Of a stretch of DNA of 64,000 bases, positions 8,693 to 18,713 are shown in pieces. Position numbers and translations under genes: made by a program. The DNA is from an uncultured Fibrobacteria bacterium. Lineage in GTDB: Bacteria; Fibrobacterota; Fibrobacteria; UBA11236. The notes below the pieces were generated by a model. The model had not been told where the DNA came from. It made no database searches and was given only the letters and a program-made list of their open reading frames with translations. The DNA is taken from contig OY970309.1 in assembly GCA_963716395.1 (NCBI GenBank), positions 3,552,001 to 3,616,000 on the forward strand, written 5' to 3'. Each line of letters starts with the position of its first letter. The stretch's first letter is position 1.

Positions 8693-11122
8693 GTGCTGAG
8701 CGTGTTCACCCCGCTGTGCAAATTCTTCTTTCGCCTGCAACAGCGCCCGGCCTGGACCTTGGCCGCGGCGTTGTGCGCCACCTTGCTGGCGCTTTTTCCC
8801 TTGCAGGATTTCCGCGTGCATGCGGCGGGTTCGGATTTGCTCCCCCGAGAGTGGCCCAGCGTCAAGGCCTGGAAAAATTTCGGCCGCAAATTCGGCAGCG
8901 CCGGCCGGCTCACCGTGGTGGTGCATTCGTCCAAGCCCAAGGCCAATCTGGCTGTAATCGAAGGGCTGGCGCGCGCACTGTCGTCGGATCCGCAGGTGAA
9001 CTTTCTGGAATACCGCACCGCGGCCGAATTCTACCGCAGCCATCCCCTGCTGTACATTTCCCTGGCCGACCTGCGCGAAGTCGAACGCCGCGTGCAAACC
9101 GGATTCTGGATCAACCGCAGCAAGCGCAACCCGCTCATCGTCGATCTGCTCACCCCGGAGCAGAAACAAAGCGCCTTTGACGCCACCAGTTTCGGAGACT
9201 TGGAAGCCAAGTACTTCTCCCGGCTTAAAGATCTTTTGGGTTCGACCGATTCCACCACCTTGATCCTGCGCATTTACCCAAGCTTCGACGCCACCGACAT
9301 CCACGCCTGCCGGGCCTTTTTGCGCACCGTGCAAAGCCGGGCCGATGCCATTGCGGCCGACTCGGGACGCGGAGTGGAAATCTTGTATACGGGCGAGGTG
9401 ATGCACAACATCGAAAACGAAGGCCGTCTGTTTACGCGGGCCATACAAACCACGCGGGAAGCCCTGTTGCTTTCGGGTGCGTTGTTGCTGGTCATCTTTT
9501 TTCGCTTTCCCATCGGGGCCTTGCTGGCCCTGCTTCCCGTGGGCATGGCGGTGGTGTGGACTTTGGCCCTGACCCAATTGTGGATTGGCCCGTTGGGCAT
9601 CATTTCGGCGCCGCTCGGACTCTTGCTGGTGGGCCTGGGTTTTTGCGGCGTCATCCATCTACTGTCGCGCTATGCCGAAGAACGGCGCAAGCGCTTGAGC
9701 GCGCCCGTGGCCTTCGAGACCATCATTCTCGAAACCGGTCCCGCCATCGCGGCCGGACTGCTCACCCTGGCCTTGGCCTTTCTCGCCTTTCTGGGCACCG
9801 ACTTTCGCGTCATGGGGAAGTTCGGGCTTATGGCCGGCATCGGTATGCTGTGCACCTTGGTGGCCCTGCTGGCGGTGTTTCCCAGCCTGCTGCGGTTGGT
9901 CGAGCCCGCCGGACTCCTACACCCCTTCGGACGGCGGCTGTACAATTTTTCCGGCGCCTCGCCGGTTTCCTTTGCGCGGCCCGGGCTGGGGCTTTTGGCC
10001 GCAGCCGCCGTAACCGCGGCGCTCCTCGGGCACGGCCCGCAATTCCGCTTCCAATACGACTTTCATGCCCTGGGTTTTCCGGCCGCCAACCAGCGCGCCG
10101 ACAGTTTGATCGCGGCCTCCGGCGAAGCGCAGGAAACCCCGGCGGTGTTTCTGGCCTCAAACCATGCCGACGCCCAGGCCATCGCCGAAGTTTTGCGCAA
10201 ACGCAAAATCGAAGACGGCCGCACCACGGCCATCGGAGAAGTCGCCACCCTGGCCGATTTGCTGCCCACGGATCAAGCGGAGAAAATCCGTATCGCCTCG
10301 CACTTGCGCCGTTCCATTACGCCGCGCGTAATCGCCGAAGCGCGCGAGCCCCTGCATGCGAATCTCGTCACCCTGACCCAGAACTGGCCCACGCGTCCGC
10401 TGGGCGTGGACGATCTTCCCTTGGAATACCGCAAGAAATTCCTGGGCCGGGAGCATACGCCCGGCGTGTTCACCTACGTGTTTCCCGCCATCGACTCGGC
10501 CGAAGGGGTGAACTCGCTGCGTTTCGCCGCCGAGGTGCGCTCGATCACCCTACCCGACGGCCGAACCTATTACGCCGGAGGGTGGCCCGTGGTGTACGGC
10601 GACCTGGTATCGCACATGTTACCCGATTTGCGGCGGGCCTTGCTGCTCGGGGTGCTGGCCATTTTCGCCGTGCTGCTCCTGACGGTGCGATCGGCGCGCG
10701 GCGCACTCACCCTGCTGCTGCCGGTGCTGACGACCGCCCTGTGGCTGCTGGGCGCTATGAAGTGGATGCATCTCAAGCTCAACCCCTTCAACGTGATCGC
10801 CTTTCCCGTGGCCATGGCCTATGCCACCATCCACAGCCTCCACCTCTACCACCGGTACGAAGAAGAAGGCCGGGGCGCCCTGCGCTTCGTGCTCAAACGC
10901 ACGGGCGGCACAGCCCTGATCGCCACGGCAATCGGCGCCACGGGCTTCGTACCCATGTCGTTCTTCGGCCACCGGGGCATGGCGTCATTGGGCGTCTGCA
11001 CCGTGGCGGGGCTGGGGTTCAGCCTGATCTCGACGTTGCTCATCGTACCGTCGGTGTTTGGAATCTGGGAATCCAAACGCCGGCGACGCGAGGCCCTGCG
11101 CGCTTTGCCCGGCCAGAATTAA
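8693..11122 (+). CDS. MMPL/RND family lipid transporter
   Basis: 809 aa; two repeats of TM + large loop + TM bundle; HLLSRYAEE / HLYHRYEEE repeats. Confidence 0.88.
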   Translation: MLSVFTPLCKFFFRLQQRPAWTLAAALCATLLALFPLQDFRVHAAGSDLLPREWPSVKAWKNFGRKFGSAGRLTVVVHSSKPKANLAVIEGLARALSSDPQVNFLEYRTAAEFYRSHPLLYISLADLREVERRVQTGFWINRSKRNPLIVDLLTPEQKQSAFDATSFGDLEAKYFSRLKDLLGSTDSTTLILRIYPSFDATDIHACRAFLRTVQSRADAIAADSGRGVEILYTGEVMHNIENEGRLFTRAIQTTREALLLSGALLLVIFFRFPIGALLALLPVGMAVVWTLALTQLWIGPLGIISAPLGLLLVGLGFCGVIHLLSRYAEERRKRLSAPVAFETIILETGPAIAAGLLTLALAFLAFLGTDFRVMGKFGLMAGIGMLCTLVALLAVFPSLLRLVEPAGLLHPFGRRLYNFSGASPVSFARPGLGLLAAAAVTAALLGHGPQFRFQYDFHALGFPAANQRADSLIAASGEAQETPAVFLASNHADAQAIAEVLRKRKIEDGRTTAIGEVATLADLLPTDQAEKIRIASHLRRSITPRVIAEAREPLHANLVTLTQNWPTRPLGVDDLPLEYRKKFLGREHTPGVFTYVFPAIDSAEGVNSLRFAAEVRSITLPDGRTYYAGGWPVVYGDLVSHMLPDLRRALLLGVLAIFAVLLLTVRSARGALTLLLPVLTTALWLLGAMKWMHLKLNPFNVIAFPVAMAYATIHSLHLYHRYEEEGRGALRFVLKRTGGTALIATAIGATGFVPMSFFGHRGMASLGVCTVAGLGFSLISTLLIVPSVFGIWESKRRRREALRALPGQN

Positions 11123-12439
11123 CAAGATGGGAAAGGCCGGCAAGGCGTAGCGCGTAAAGCCCAGTTGCAAGGCCGGGATGACGAATAGATAGGCGGCTAC
11201 CGCCCCGGCGGGCAACAGAGAATCCGAACGCCGCCGACGGTCCCAAAGCCAACCGGCCAAAGCAAAAACCACCCACACCAGTGGCGGCTGATAGATGAGC
11301 CCACGCTCGATGCGCTGCAGCCAGGGCGGGAGAACGAACCAAGTCCCGAGCAAGGAGGTGGGATATTCTTCGTCGCATTTACCCAGCAAGCGCTTGGCTT
11401 CGTTGCTTACCGAACGCAAATAGAGCCCCGGATGTCCGCGCACCCAACCGAGGGAACGTCGAGTCAAGATTTGATCGGCGTCGCGGATTTGCGGCCCGGT
11501 GCGAACGCCCAGGGCTGTTTCCAGATCATGCGGCAGCGCGTTGGCCGCCCAGGAGATGGGGTGTTGGTAGGCAGGATTCCAGGTTCCGGTTTGTTTCCGC
11601 GCCGCGGGAAGATACCGCTCTACGAAATTCCATTCCGGTGAGTTCGCCTCGGCCAGCGCGAAATAAGCGACATGGGTGTAGGCGTTGACCCCGAAAGCCA
11701 CCGAACGCCGCCAGACGCCGTAATGCCAGCCATTCCATACCGCGCCCGAAGCGGCGACCCCCGTGGCCAGCAGTACGCCCCCGATCGCGAGACGCACCTT
11801 GCGGCGATCGCGCAGCCAGCCCATTCCCACCGCCGCAGCCAGCAACCCCAGCAGGGCCAAATCCCCCACTTGCCGGGTCAAGCTGGCCAATCCGATGGCC
11901 AGACAAAGCGCCAGGAACTTGCCGGGCGAGAAGCGGACTTGGATTTCCATCCCCAAAGCGATCGCGGCCAGAAGCAGAAAGGAAAAAAGCGTGGTGTCGA
12001 GAATGCGCAGCGGTTCGAACAGCCACAGGGAATCGAAGAGAAACAGAAACAGAATCCAGGTGCGCACGGCCGGCCGCCAGGCGAGCAAGGCGGAGAGGCG
12101 CAGCAGCAAAGCGCCCATCCCCAGCTTGAGCAGGCATTGCGCCCCGGTCGCGGCCGACAAAGACCAAAACGGTTTCAGGAAAAGCGGATACAGCTTGGGC
12201 CGGTACAGAATGGAACGTAAATCGGTTTCCAAACCATGGGCCAGTCGGTAAAAACCCCGGCTGTCGGGATTGGCGAGGGAGGGAACGGCGTGACTCCACA
12301 TTGCGAATTGCAGCCAGGCCCCGGCGGCAAACACGGCCATCCAGCCATAACGGCGAAACCAGACCCGGCGTTCGCCGATCAGCATCAGCATGAGCACCAG
12401 GGCCGGCAGTAAAACCGGGAAAAGCCAGGGCGATCCCAT
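10985..12439 (-). CDS. Polytopic membrane protein, GT-C glycosyltransferase-like
   Basis: PDSRGFY loop, YRPKLYPLFL, ILDTTLF, multiple TM segments, C-terminal TRYALP. Confidence 0.65.
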   Translation of the reverse strand: MGSPWLFPVLLPALVLMLMLIGERRVWFRRYGWMAVFAAGAWLQFAMWSHAVPSLANPDSRGFYRLAHGLETDLRSILYRPKLYPLFLKPFWSLSAATGAQCLLKLGMGALLLRLSALLAWRPAVRTWILFLFLFDSLWLFEPLRILDTTLFSFLLLAAIALGMEIQVRFSPGKFLALCLAIGLASLTRQVGDLALLGLLAAAVGMGWLRDRRKVRLAIGGVLLATGVAASGAVWNGWHYGVWRRSVAFGVNAYTHVAYFALAEANSPEWNFVERYLPAARKQTGTWNPAYQHPISWAANALPHDLETALGVRTGPQIRDADQILTRRSLGWVRGHPGLYLRSVSNEAKRLLGKCDEEYPTSLLGTWFVLPPWLQRIERGLIYQPPLVWVVFALAGWLWDRRRRSDSLLPAGAVAAYLFVIPALQLGFTRYALPAFPILLILAGQSAQGLASPAFGFPDSKHRRYDEQRRDQAEPQPRHGADAQ

Positions 12440-12513
12440 CGGAAGATTATCGCTTAAATAACGAGCACCCCGAACCTGTTTTCGCCCGGCGGAACCAGGG
12501 TACAATCAGGGCC

Positions 12514-14286
12514 ATGCCCTCCGATCCGGATCAGCGCAGTCCGTTTTTCATCGCCTTATACAGCGCCTTTCTGTTGGAGTTCGTGGCCACGCCGCTGTGG
12601 AATTGGTTTCCCGGACAGGCGGAGAAATGCGCGCTGGTGGCCGCCATTTCCTTCAGCGGATTGATCTGGGCCTATTGGGCGGCCGAGCGCTGGCAACCCG
12701 GGCGACCGCCCTGGGCCGGCAGCGGCGGGTGGACGGCCGCGGCGGCCGCCATCGCAGTGCTGGCGCTGAACTTCACCGCCGTGCAAAGCGGCCTACCCTG
12801 GCGCGGCGACGAAGACTTCCACCTGCGCTTCACCTGGGCCTTGGCGCAATGGCTTCCCCATTTGTTCCCCATCGTGGGTCTGATGGCCGCCGTGTGGATC
12901 TGGTCTTGGCTTCGGCCCTGGCCCTTGCGCAGCCGCCGCACTTTGGCCGCCTCCCTCCTCTTGGCCGTCGGTGTTTTCCTGTTGGCGCGGCGCCTGCATT
13001 TCGATTATTACCCGGCCTTGCGTTACCCGTATTTTCTGCGTTACCTAAGCGCGCCGCCCGTGGCCCTGGCCGCGCGCCTGGGGCACACCTTTCCGCCGCC
13101 GGAATTCCTGTTCCGACTGATTCCCATGCTGGCCGCGGCCGCCATGGTTTGGGTCACGATTCCGACGTCGTCCCGATCGCGCTTACTGCCGATCGGATTT
13201 GTGGTTTATCTGGCCTCCATTCCCCTGCTCTGGTATTACAGCTCCATCCTGTATCTGGAATTGCCCGCGGCGTTTCTGCTGACCGTGGTCTGCCTGCATG
13301 CCGAAGAACTGCTCGCCGATGCCAACGCCTTTTCCCGGGCTTGGCCGGCGCTGCTTTTCATCGGCTTCATCAAAGAAACCACCTTGCCGTTTTTATTGGC
13401 CTTTGTGCTGTGCAGGGCCGCAACCGGGCTGAGGCCAAACGACCGGCGACTGGCCTGGATCATCCGGCAAAGCCGAACGGCCTATTGCGCGCTTTGGCCC
13501 TTGCTGCTGTATCTCCTCTTCCGTTTCCACCTCGGCAACCCGCGCCATTATGTCTTTCATCCGCAGCATCTGCTCTTGCCGCTGTTATGGAAAACCGACG
13601 CCTTTTCCTGGCTGCAACAGTTCGGTGTACTGCTGCTGTTTGCCGCCGTTGGAGCCTTTTTGCTGCTGCGTCGCCGCCGTTTTCCGACCGTCGTATTTTT
13701 ATCCCTGACCCTGGCGGGACCCGTTCTGGTTCATCTTCTGGATACCGAGGATTACGTCGGCTTGGGCCGATTCAATCTGCTGCTACTGCCGGGATTGCTG
13801 GCGCTGAGCCGGGAAACCTTCGCCCTCCTGCTGCGCAAACCGGGTTGGGCCGCGGCGGCGTTAACCGCAGCCATCGCCGTGAATTTTTGCATGACGCCCA
13901 TACACCTGGACGGCAGCAAGGTTCCCCGTTGGGGAAATTACCTGTGCGATGAGGGCGAGCATTATTATTCCTATCGCGCCGCCTTTCGTTGGATTGACGC
14001 AAATGCACCCGGGCAAGACCTGAAAATCACCGGACTCGATTATCCCTATTGGACCGCTTTTTACCATCCGGCCGTGCGTCGTCTCTTCGTCGATTCCATG
14101 CCCCGGCCGTGCGACGAGAGTCGGGCCCTCGACTCGATCCTGTTGGTGTCACGCCCGCAGGGCTTCGGGTTGATCCTGTTTCAGGTGCGCGGAAAAAATT
14201 TGCCGGCGTGGCAGAGCGAAGTCTACGCGGAAACGACCTTTGCCAACGAGGCCCAAGCGCTGATGCTGTTCGTCGCCAAGCCGTAA
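12514..14286 (+). CDS. Polytopic membrane protein, GT-C glycosyltransferase-like
   Basis: WRGDEDFH first-loop acidic motif, YLELP, IKE, RFNLLL, many TMs, periplasmic C-terminal domain. Confidence 0.7.
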   Translation: MPSDPDQRSPFFIALYSAFLLEFVATPLWNWFPGQAEKCALVAAISFSGLIWAYWAAERWQPGRPPWAGSGGWTAAAAAIAVLALNFTAVQSGLPWRGDEDFHLRFTWALAQWLPHLFPIVGLMAAVWIWSWLRPWPLRSRRTLAASLLLAVGVFLLARRLHFDYYPALRYPYFLRYLSAPPVALAARLGHTFPPPEFLFRLIPMLAAAAMVWVTIPTSSRSRLLPIGFVVYLASIPLLWYYSSILYLELPAAFLLTVVCLHAEELLADANAFSRAWPALLFIGFIKETTLPFLLAFVLCRAATGLRPNDRRLAWIIRQSRTAYCALWPLLLYLLFRFHLGNPRHYVFHPQHLLLPLLWKTDAFSWLQQFGVLLLFAAVGAFLLLRRRRFPTVVFLSLTLAGPVLVHLLDTEDYVGLGRFNLLLLPGLLALSRETFALLLRKPGWAAAALTAAIAVNFCMTPIHLDGSKVPRWGNYLCDEGEHYYSYRAAFRWIDANAPGQDLKITGLDYPYWTAFYHPAVRRLFVDSMPRPCDESRALDSILLVSRPQGFGLILFQVRGKNLPAWQSEVYAETTFANEAQALMLFVAKP

Positions 14287-14322
14287 TTGAGGATTTGCCG
14301 GCCGTTCCTCACATCGGCGAAA

Positions 14323-16113
14323 TTATTCTTCGTGCACTTCGTAATAGTCAAGGTTAAAAGGCGAGATCACCACCGGCGTGCCTGGCGGCATGTTGGCCAG
14401 GTTATTGTAACGGGAATCAAAATTGTAATTGCGGGCCGGCTGCGTGTAAACATTGTTGTTGCCGGCGGGATGGGAGAAGCGCCATTCGCCGGTGAGGTGG
14501 AGGCAGCGCCACATCGCTACGAGCGATCCGGAAAACGTCATGGTATAACCGGAAAAATTCTCCATGAACGACATGTGGTTGTGCGGCTGTCCCGTGCGGT
14601 CGGAATAGGTGGAGTTCTCGTCCAGATTCCAGTTGTAATAATTCGCATTGTTGGGATCGTTCCAGGACGGATCGACGCGGGCGCGTCGCACTCCGCCCAT
14701 CAAACAGGCCATTACTGTGTCATTAGCCCCGGTGCGGGTGCTGGTCGAGGCGCTGTAGCTGGGACTCCAGTTTTTCGACAGCACGGTGATCAAATCGGAC
14801 ATAATCGCCGAAGATTTGGTCGCGTGGGAGTTGTAACTGCCCCAGATATAGATAGGGCAATTGCTGACGAAGGTAAGGGCACGGTTCAAGGTGGCGGCGT
14901 TATAAAGACAGAAGACGTCGCGTACCTTGGGGGTTTGCGTCGAATCAAATTTGCCTTCGAGATAAATGATCTGATCGGTGGCCGTGGGATCATTAGTGAA
15001 AAATTTCGCCACATTGACATAGGTGACGGTCATCCACAGGCCATCGCTGTAATCGTACAATGAATCTTTGTGATTGCCCGACACCGAAGGCGTGTCGAGG
15101 GCTTTGTTATAACTGGTGTTGTTGGACGACGAGACGGCGGCGTCGGTGCCGTCGGAATTGTTGCGGTACCAAGAACGGTTGATGGTGAACCCCGAAGGCC
15201 GTTTGCGGAAAATCAGGTCGGCATTATAAATCAGCTTTTCTTTTTTCGTGGTCTCCGTTTCGGAGAACCCCGATTGCCCGAGTTCGTCCACATTTTTGGG
15301 TTGGATGATGAGGATGGGATTATACCCGGCAATTGGCATTTTGAAATACGACACGTTGCTGCCGTAGGCCACCTTGACCCGATGGGGTGAATTGCCGCAA
15401 TAGGGGGTATCGAGCGGGGTATTGTTGCCGCCGGGAATGGAATGCAGCGCACCCAAAACACCGTCGGTGCGCATGAATTGCAGATCGCCGGTGGCCGGTT
15501 CGGTCCAGATCTCGCACGGCGAAGTCAGCCAATCGGAAAAGGTGAGATTCGACCCTGGGGGATACAGTTTTATGCGCGAATTGCAATGGGTGCGGCCGGA
15601 AATGTTCATATCCGATCCCGGGTCGAGCAGCATGACGCCTTCCCAATAGATTGCGAATTGGAAAAGCGGGTATTGGTCGAATGCCACGCGTTGACGGATG
15701 CGGGCCGTACTGCCGCCGCCGGCCTTGCTGGACGTGGCCTCGATGTCGGCATAAGATCGGAAGGTCAGCAAGTCGTAGTCGGTACGGATGGAATCGACGC
15801 GGGTATTGCCGTGGCTGTCGGTTTCGATCTGCATATCCATGGTGACCTGGTAGCCTTCGATATTGATGGTGGTGCTGGGCACCTCCACCAGGTAGCCGTT
15901 GGTGTCGACCGCATTGGCGGTACGGTTGATGAGCAGGGCGATGGCCGACTCGGCGGCATACCGGCTTTCGGCATTCTTATTGGAGCCGGCGAAAATTTTG
16001 CGCCCATAGGCCGAATCGCGCAGCATGGAAAGCCCCAAGGTCATCACCGCGGCCAAAAGCACCAGGGAGATCAGCAGCACATAGCCTTGTTGTTTTCCCG
16101 AATCCGTTGCCAT
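14323..16113 (-). CDS. PilX-like minor pilin with large C-terminal domain
   Basis: QQG|YVLLISLVLL prepilin site; SRYAAESAI PilX motif; PLFQFAIY, HCNS, RNYNFD..NMPPGTP. Confidence 0.85.
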   Translation of the reverse strand: MATDSGKQQGYVLLISLVLLAAVMTLGLSMLRDSAYGRKIFAGSNKNAESRYAAESAIALLINRTANAVDTNGYLVEVPSTTINIEGYQVTMDMQIETDSHGNTRVDSIRTDYDLLTFRSYADIEATSSKAGGGSTARIRQRVAFDQYPLFQFAIYWEGVMLLDPGSDMNISGRTHCNSRIKLYPPGSNLTFSDWLTSPCEIWTEPATGDLQFMRTDGVLGALHSIPGGNNTPLDTPYCGNSPHRVKVAYGSNVSYFKMPIAGYNPILIIQPKNVDELGQSGFSETETTKKEKLIYNADLIFRKRPSGFTINRSWYRNNSDGTDAAVSSSNNTSYNKALDTPSVSGNHKDSLYDYSDGLWMTVTYVNVAKFFTNDPTATDQIIYLEGKFDSTQTPKVRDVFCLYNAATLNRALTFVSNCPIYIWGSYNSHATKSSAIMSDLITVLSKNWSPSYSASTSTRTGANDTVMACLMGGVRRARVDPSWNDPNNANYYNWNLDENSTYSDRTGQPHNHMSFMENFSGYTMTFSGSLVAMWRCLHLTGEWRFSHPAGNNNVYTQPARNYNFDSRYNNLANMPPGTPVVISPFNLDYYEVHEE

Positions 16114-16134
16114 GCTTCTCCTGCCTGATCCCAA

Positions 16135-16968
16135 TCACACGCCCCGGTTATACAACCGTCCGCGACGGATGCCAACGATGGTTTCGTATTGGCGCGTTGC
16201 CGATCCCGCGGCCGTATGTTCCGCCTTGACGCGAATGAAAACTTTGACGCGCGAAACCTTGCTGCTGTCGTTGATGCTGTCGGAAAATGTTCCATCGCCA
16301 TTGGCGCTGACGTCATAACTCAGATTCAACGAGTCGATGTCGAAAGCCAGGGGAACGTTGGCGTTGTCGGTTCCCTGGTTCACCTGGGTTTGCCGCAGGT
16401 ATCGCGACCCGTCGACATAAAGCGAGTCGTACACCACAGGATAAGCGAAATCCGCCTTTCCCAGGGCGGTTTCCACCGCCGCCGGCACCGTGAGGGTCTT
16501 GGCCGCGGTGTCGAGCGAGGAAATGGCCGACAAGGCGAACGCGTCGCCGTTGGTCAGCAACACATATCCCGCACTGTCGAAAATTGAGGCTTGCGCGACC
16601 GGAATGACACCGTCGGTGGTGTCGGTATTGGCGCTGGTCACCGCCGTGTACAAGTCGTTGGGATTGAAATAGGCCACCAAGCCGGTTCCGTCGCCTTGGC
16701 TGCGCAACCCATTCACCATTTGCGGCAATCCGCCTCCGGCGGAAATCACCATGGTACGCACCATATCCACGACGTAATCGATGGTCATCAGCGAGGTGTT
16801 GGTGTCTTCCTGTTTGAGGCTCATGCTGGTTTGCGACTTATACAGGAAAAACCCCGAGGTCAATACGATCAAACCGATGGTGGCGGCCAGAATCGCCTCG
16901 ATCAAAGTGAACCCCGCTTCGCCACGCCGCGAAGCCCGCTCCCTCGTGCCTTCGGCGACGATCTTCAT
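16135..16968 (-). CDS. PilW-like minor pilin
   Basis: EAG|FTLIEAILA type IV N-methylation motif. Confidence 0.85.
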   Translation of the reverse strand: MKIVAEGTRERASRRGEAGFTLIEAILAATIGLIVLTSGFFLYKSQTSMSLKQEDTNTSLMTIDYVVDMVRTMVISAGGGLPQMVNGLRSQGDGTGLVAYFNPNDLYTAVTSANTDTTDGVIPVAQASIFDSAGYVLLTNGDAFALSAISSLDTAAKTLTVPAAVETALGKADFAYPVVYDSLYVDGSRYLRQTQVNQGTDNANVPLAFDIDSLNLSYDVSANGDGTFSDSINDSSKVSRVKVFIRVKAEHTAAGSATRQYETIVGIRRGRLYNRGV

Positions 16969-17396
16969 TGGGTGAAACAGGTGGAACTGGTGGATTGTTG
17001 GTAATTCGATACGGTCACCGTCAAATAGCGGGTGGAATCGGAGACCGCCGACGCCTTGATATGGCGCATTTTGGAAATATCGAGACCCGGCAGAATGGAA
17101 TCGGCGGCGCCTTGCGTAAAACTGGTCACCGTCAATTTAACGGCGATGCCTTGGCGCGAAGTGTAGGTTTGCCCATTCATCAAATCCAAGGTGACGACGG
17201 GTTGGGTCATGGCCGAATCCAAGATTTCGGACAGCGAACCGGTAACATCGATGTATTTCTTGTTCGAGGCGTTGCTGGCAATGGTGGGCTCGGCCGTACG
17301 TAAAAAAATGGTGATGGTCGCGCCGATCACCACCATGGCGGCCAGAATTTCCAGCAAGGTCAAGCCGCGTTGTCGTGGCCCGATTCCCAAGTTCAT
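16965..17396 (-). CDS. PilV-like minor pilin
   Basis: QRG|LTLLEILAAMVV. Confidence 0.85.
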   Translation of the reverse strand: MNLGIGPRQRGLTLLEILAAMVVIGATITIFLRTAEPTIASNASNKKYIDVTGSLSEILDSAMTQPVVTLDLMNGQTYTSRQGIAVKLTVTSFTQGAADSILPGLDISKMRHIKASAVSDSTRYLTVTVSNYQQSTSSTCFTQ

Positions 17397-17905
17397 AGGC
17401 CGGCCCCGGTTTGCTGAAAGGTTTGCCCGGAAGCCGCGATGACCAAAAGTTTGGTGGTGTCGGTTTGGCCGCTGACATAGGTCAAGGTGTAGCTGTGCAA
17501 ATCGGCGACCGCTCCGTTTTTTTTGAAACAGATATTGCTGGCGGTATCGCCGTTTGAACTCAGAATGGAAACGCCGGCGGTCGGGTCCAAGGTGAAAGCC
17601 GTGCTCAGGGTGTCGGTGTTGTCGAAGGCATTGTCTTCATCGACATCCTGGAACAGCGCCACCGAATGGGTGGCCGCACTGTAATGCACGCCGAAGTGCT
17701 TGCTGTCGAATACCGATTGATGCGAGGCCATGAGCAGAATCGCTCTTAAGGCGTAGATGTCGCCGCGTTTTTTGGATTTGGTTTCATAGGTAGCGGCGAA
17801 CAAACCGACACCCAAACTCAGCAGCACGAGGACAACAACCATTTCCACCAAGGTGAATCCCTTTTGTCCGCATCGCGTCGGCCGGGTGAACTCATCGGTA
17901 TTCAC
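17393..17905 (-). CDS. FimT/GspH-like minor pilin
   Basis: QKG|FTLVEMVVVL; GTG overlaps the upstream stop; ICFKKNG, VIAASGQ. Confidence 0.85.
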   Translation of the reverse strand: MNTDEFTRPTRCGQKGFTLVEMVVVLVLLSLGVGLFAATYETKSKKRGDIYALRAILLMASHQSVFDSKHFGVHYSAATHSVALFQDVDEDNAFDNTDTLSTAFTLDPTAGVSILSSNGDTASNICFKKNGAVADLHSYTLTYVSGQTDTTKLLVIAASGQTFQQTGAGL

Positions 17906-18402
17906 TTGGCCGCCTTCTGCAAGCGCCTGATCCGGCTTCGCGTCTCGGAACTCACTTTCGACCACAGGATTTTCACATGGTGCGCGGCGTCTTCGGGATC
18001 AACCAAGGTTCCCTTCGCGGCATAGCGCGTGTGAAATTCCGGCGCGGCATACGCCGCATAAGCCCAGAACAACGCCTGCTGATCGGCGCTTTCCTCTGCC
18101 GCAGGCCGGGCCAAAACCTGCTCCTGGCGAATCCCCAGGTTTTCCAGAATCCGGTTTTTGTGCATCAGGGCGAAGATGTTCAAGGCCATGGCTGCCATGG
18201 CGAAACCTGCCACCCACAGCGATCGGGTTAAGCGTTCGCGTTTGCGGCGGGCGGCGCGCGGACTCAGCGGAACGGCCGCCGGCTCCGGCGGAGCTTGCGA
18301 GAAGGCCAACTTCTTGCGCATTTTGGCCACGAGATCTTTTTCACGCGAGCGGGCGTTAATGACCAGGGCCTGCTGGGAATCTTTGGAAGAGGGAAGGCTC
18401 AT
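17902..18402 (-). CDS. Single-pass membrane hypothetical protein heading the pilin operon
   Basis: ORF with basic stretch + TM (LWVAGFAMAAMALNIFAL); stop overlaps the next start. Confidence 0.65.
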   Translation of the reverse strand: MSLPSSKDSQQALVINARSREKDLVAKMRKKLAFSQAPPEPAAVPLSPRAARRKRERLTRSLWVAGFAMAAMALNIFALMHKNRILENLGIRQEQVLARPAAEESADQQALFWAYAAYAAPEFHTRYAAKGTLVDPEDAAHHVKILWSKVSSETRSRIRRLQKAAK

Positions 18403-18713
18403 TGGAATCTCGAATCGCGCAAGGTTTTCGACGGCAAGACATTTTGATTTTATTCCGAATCCAATTGCCATTCAATTTTCACCTTTGCGGTTTTGTTGAT
18501 GTTTTATAGCAGATTTTGTGAAAATCGATTTTATTGAAGCCCCGATGCCCGCGAATCGATGCGCGGTTCCGTCGGACAGATCTCCACCCCGCCGGCAGAA
18601 CACCCTTAAAGGTTCACTTGGCTACGAAAAACGGCCTGCAGTCCCGCAAGACTGCGAAGCCTAAGATTCGCACCGGAAGCTTTCGTTTTAAAAAAAGGTC
18701 TTGCGAATCGAGC

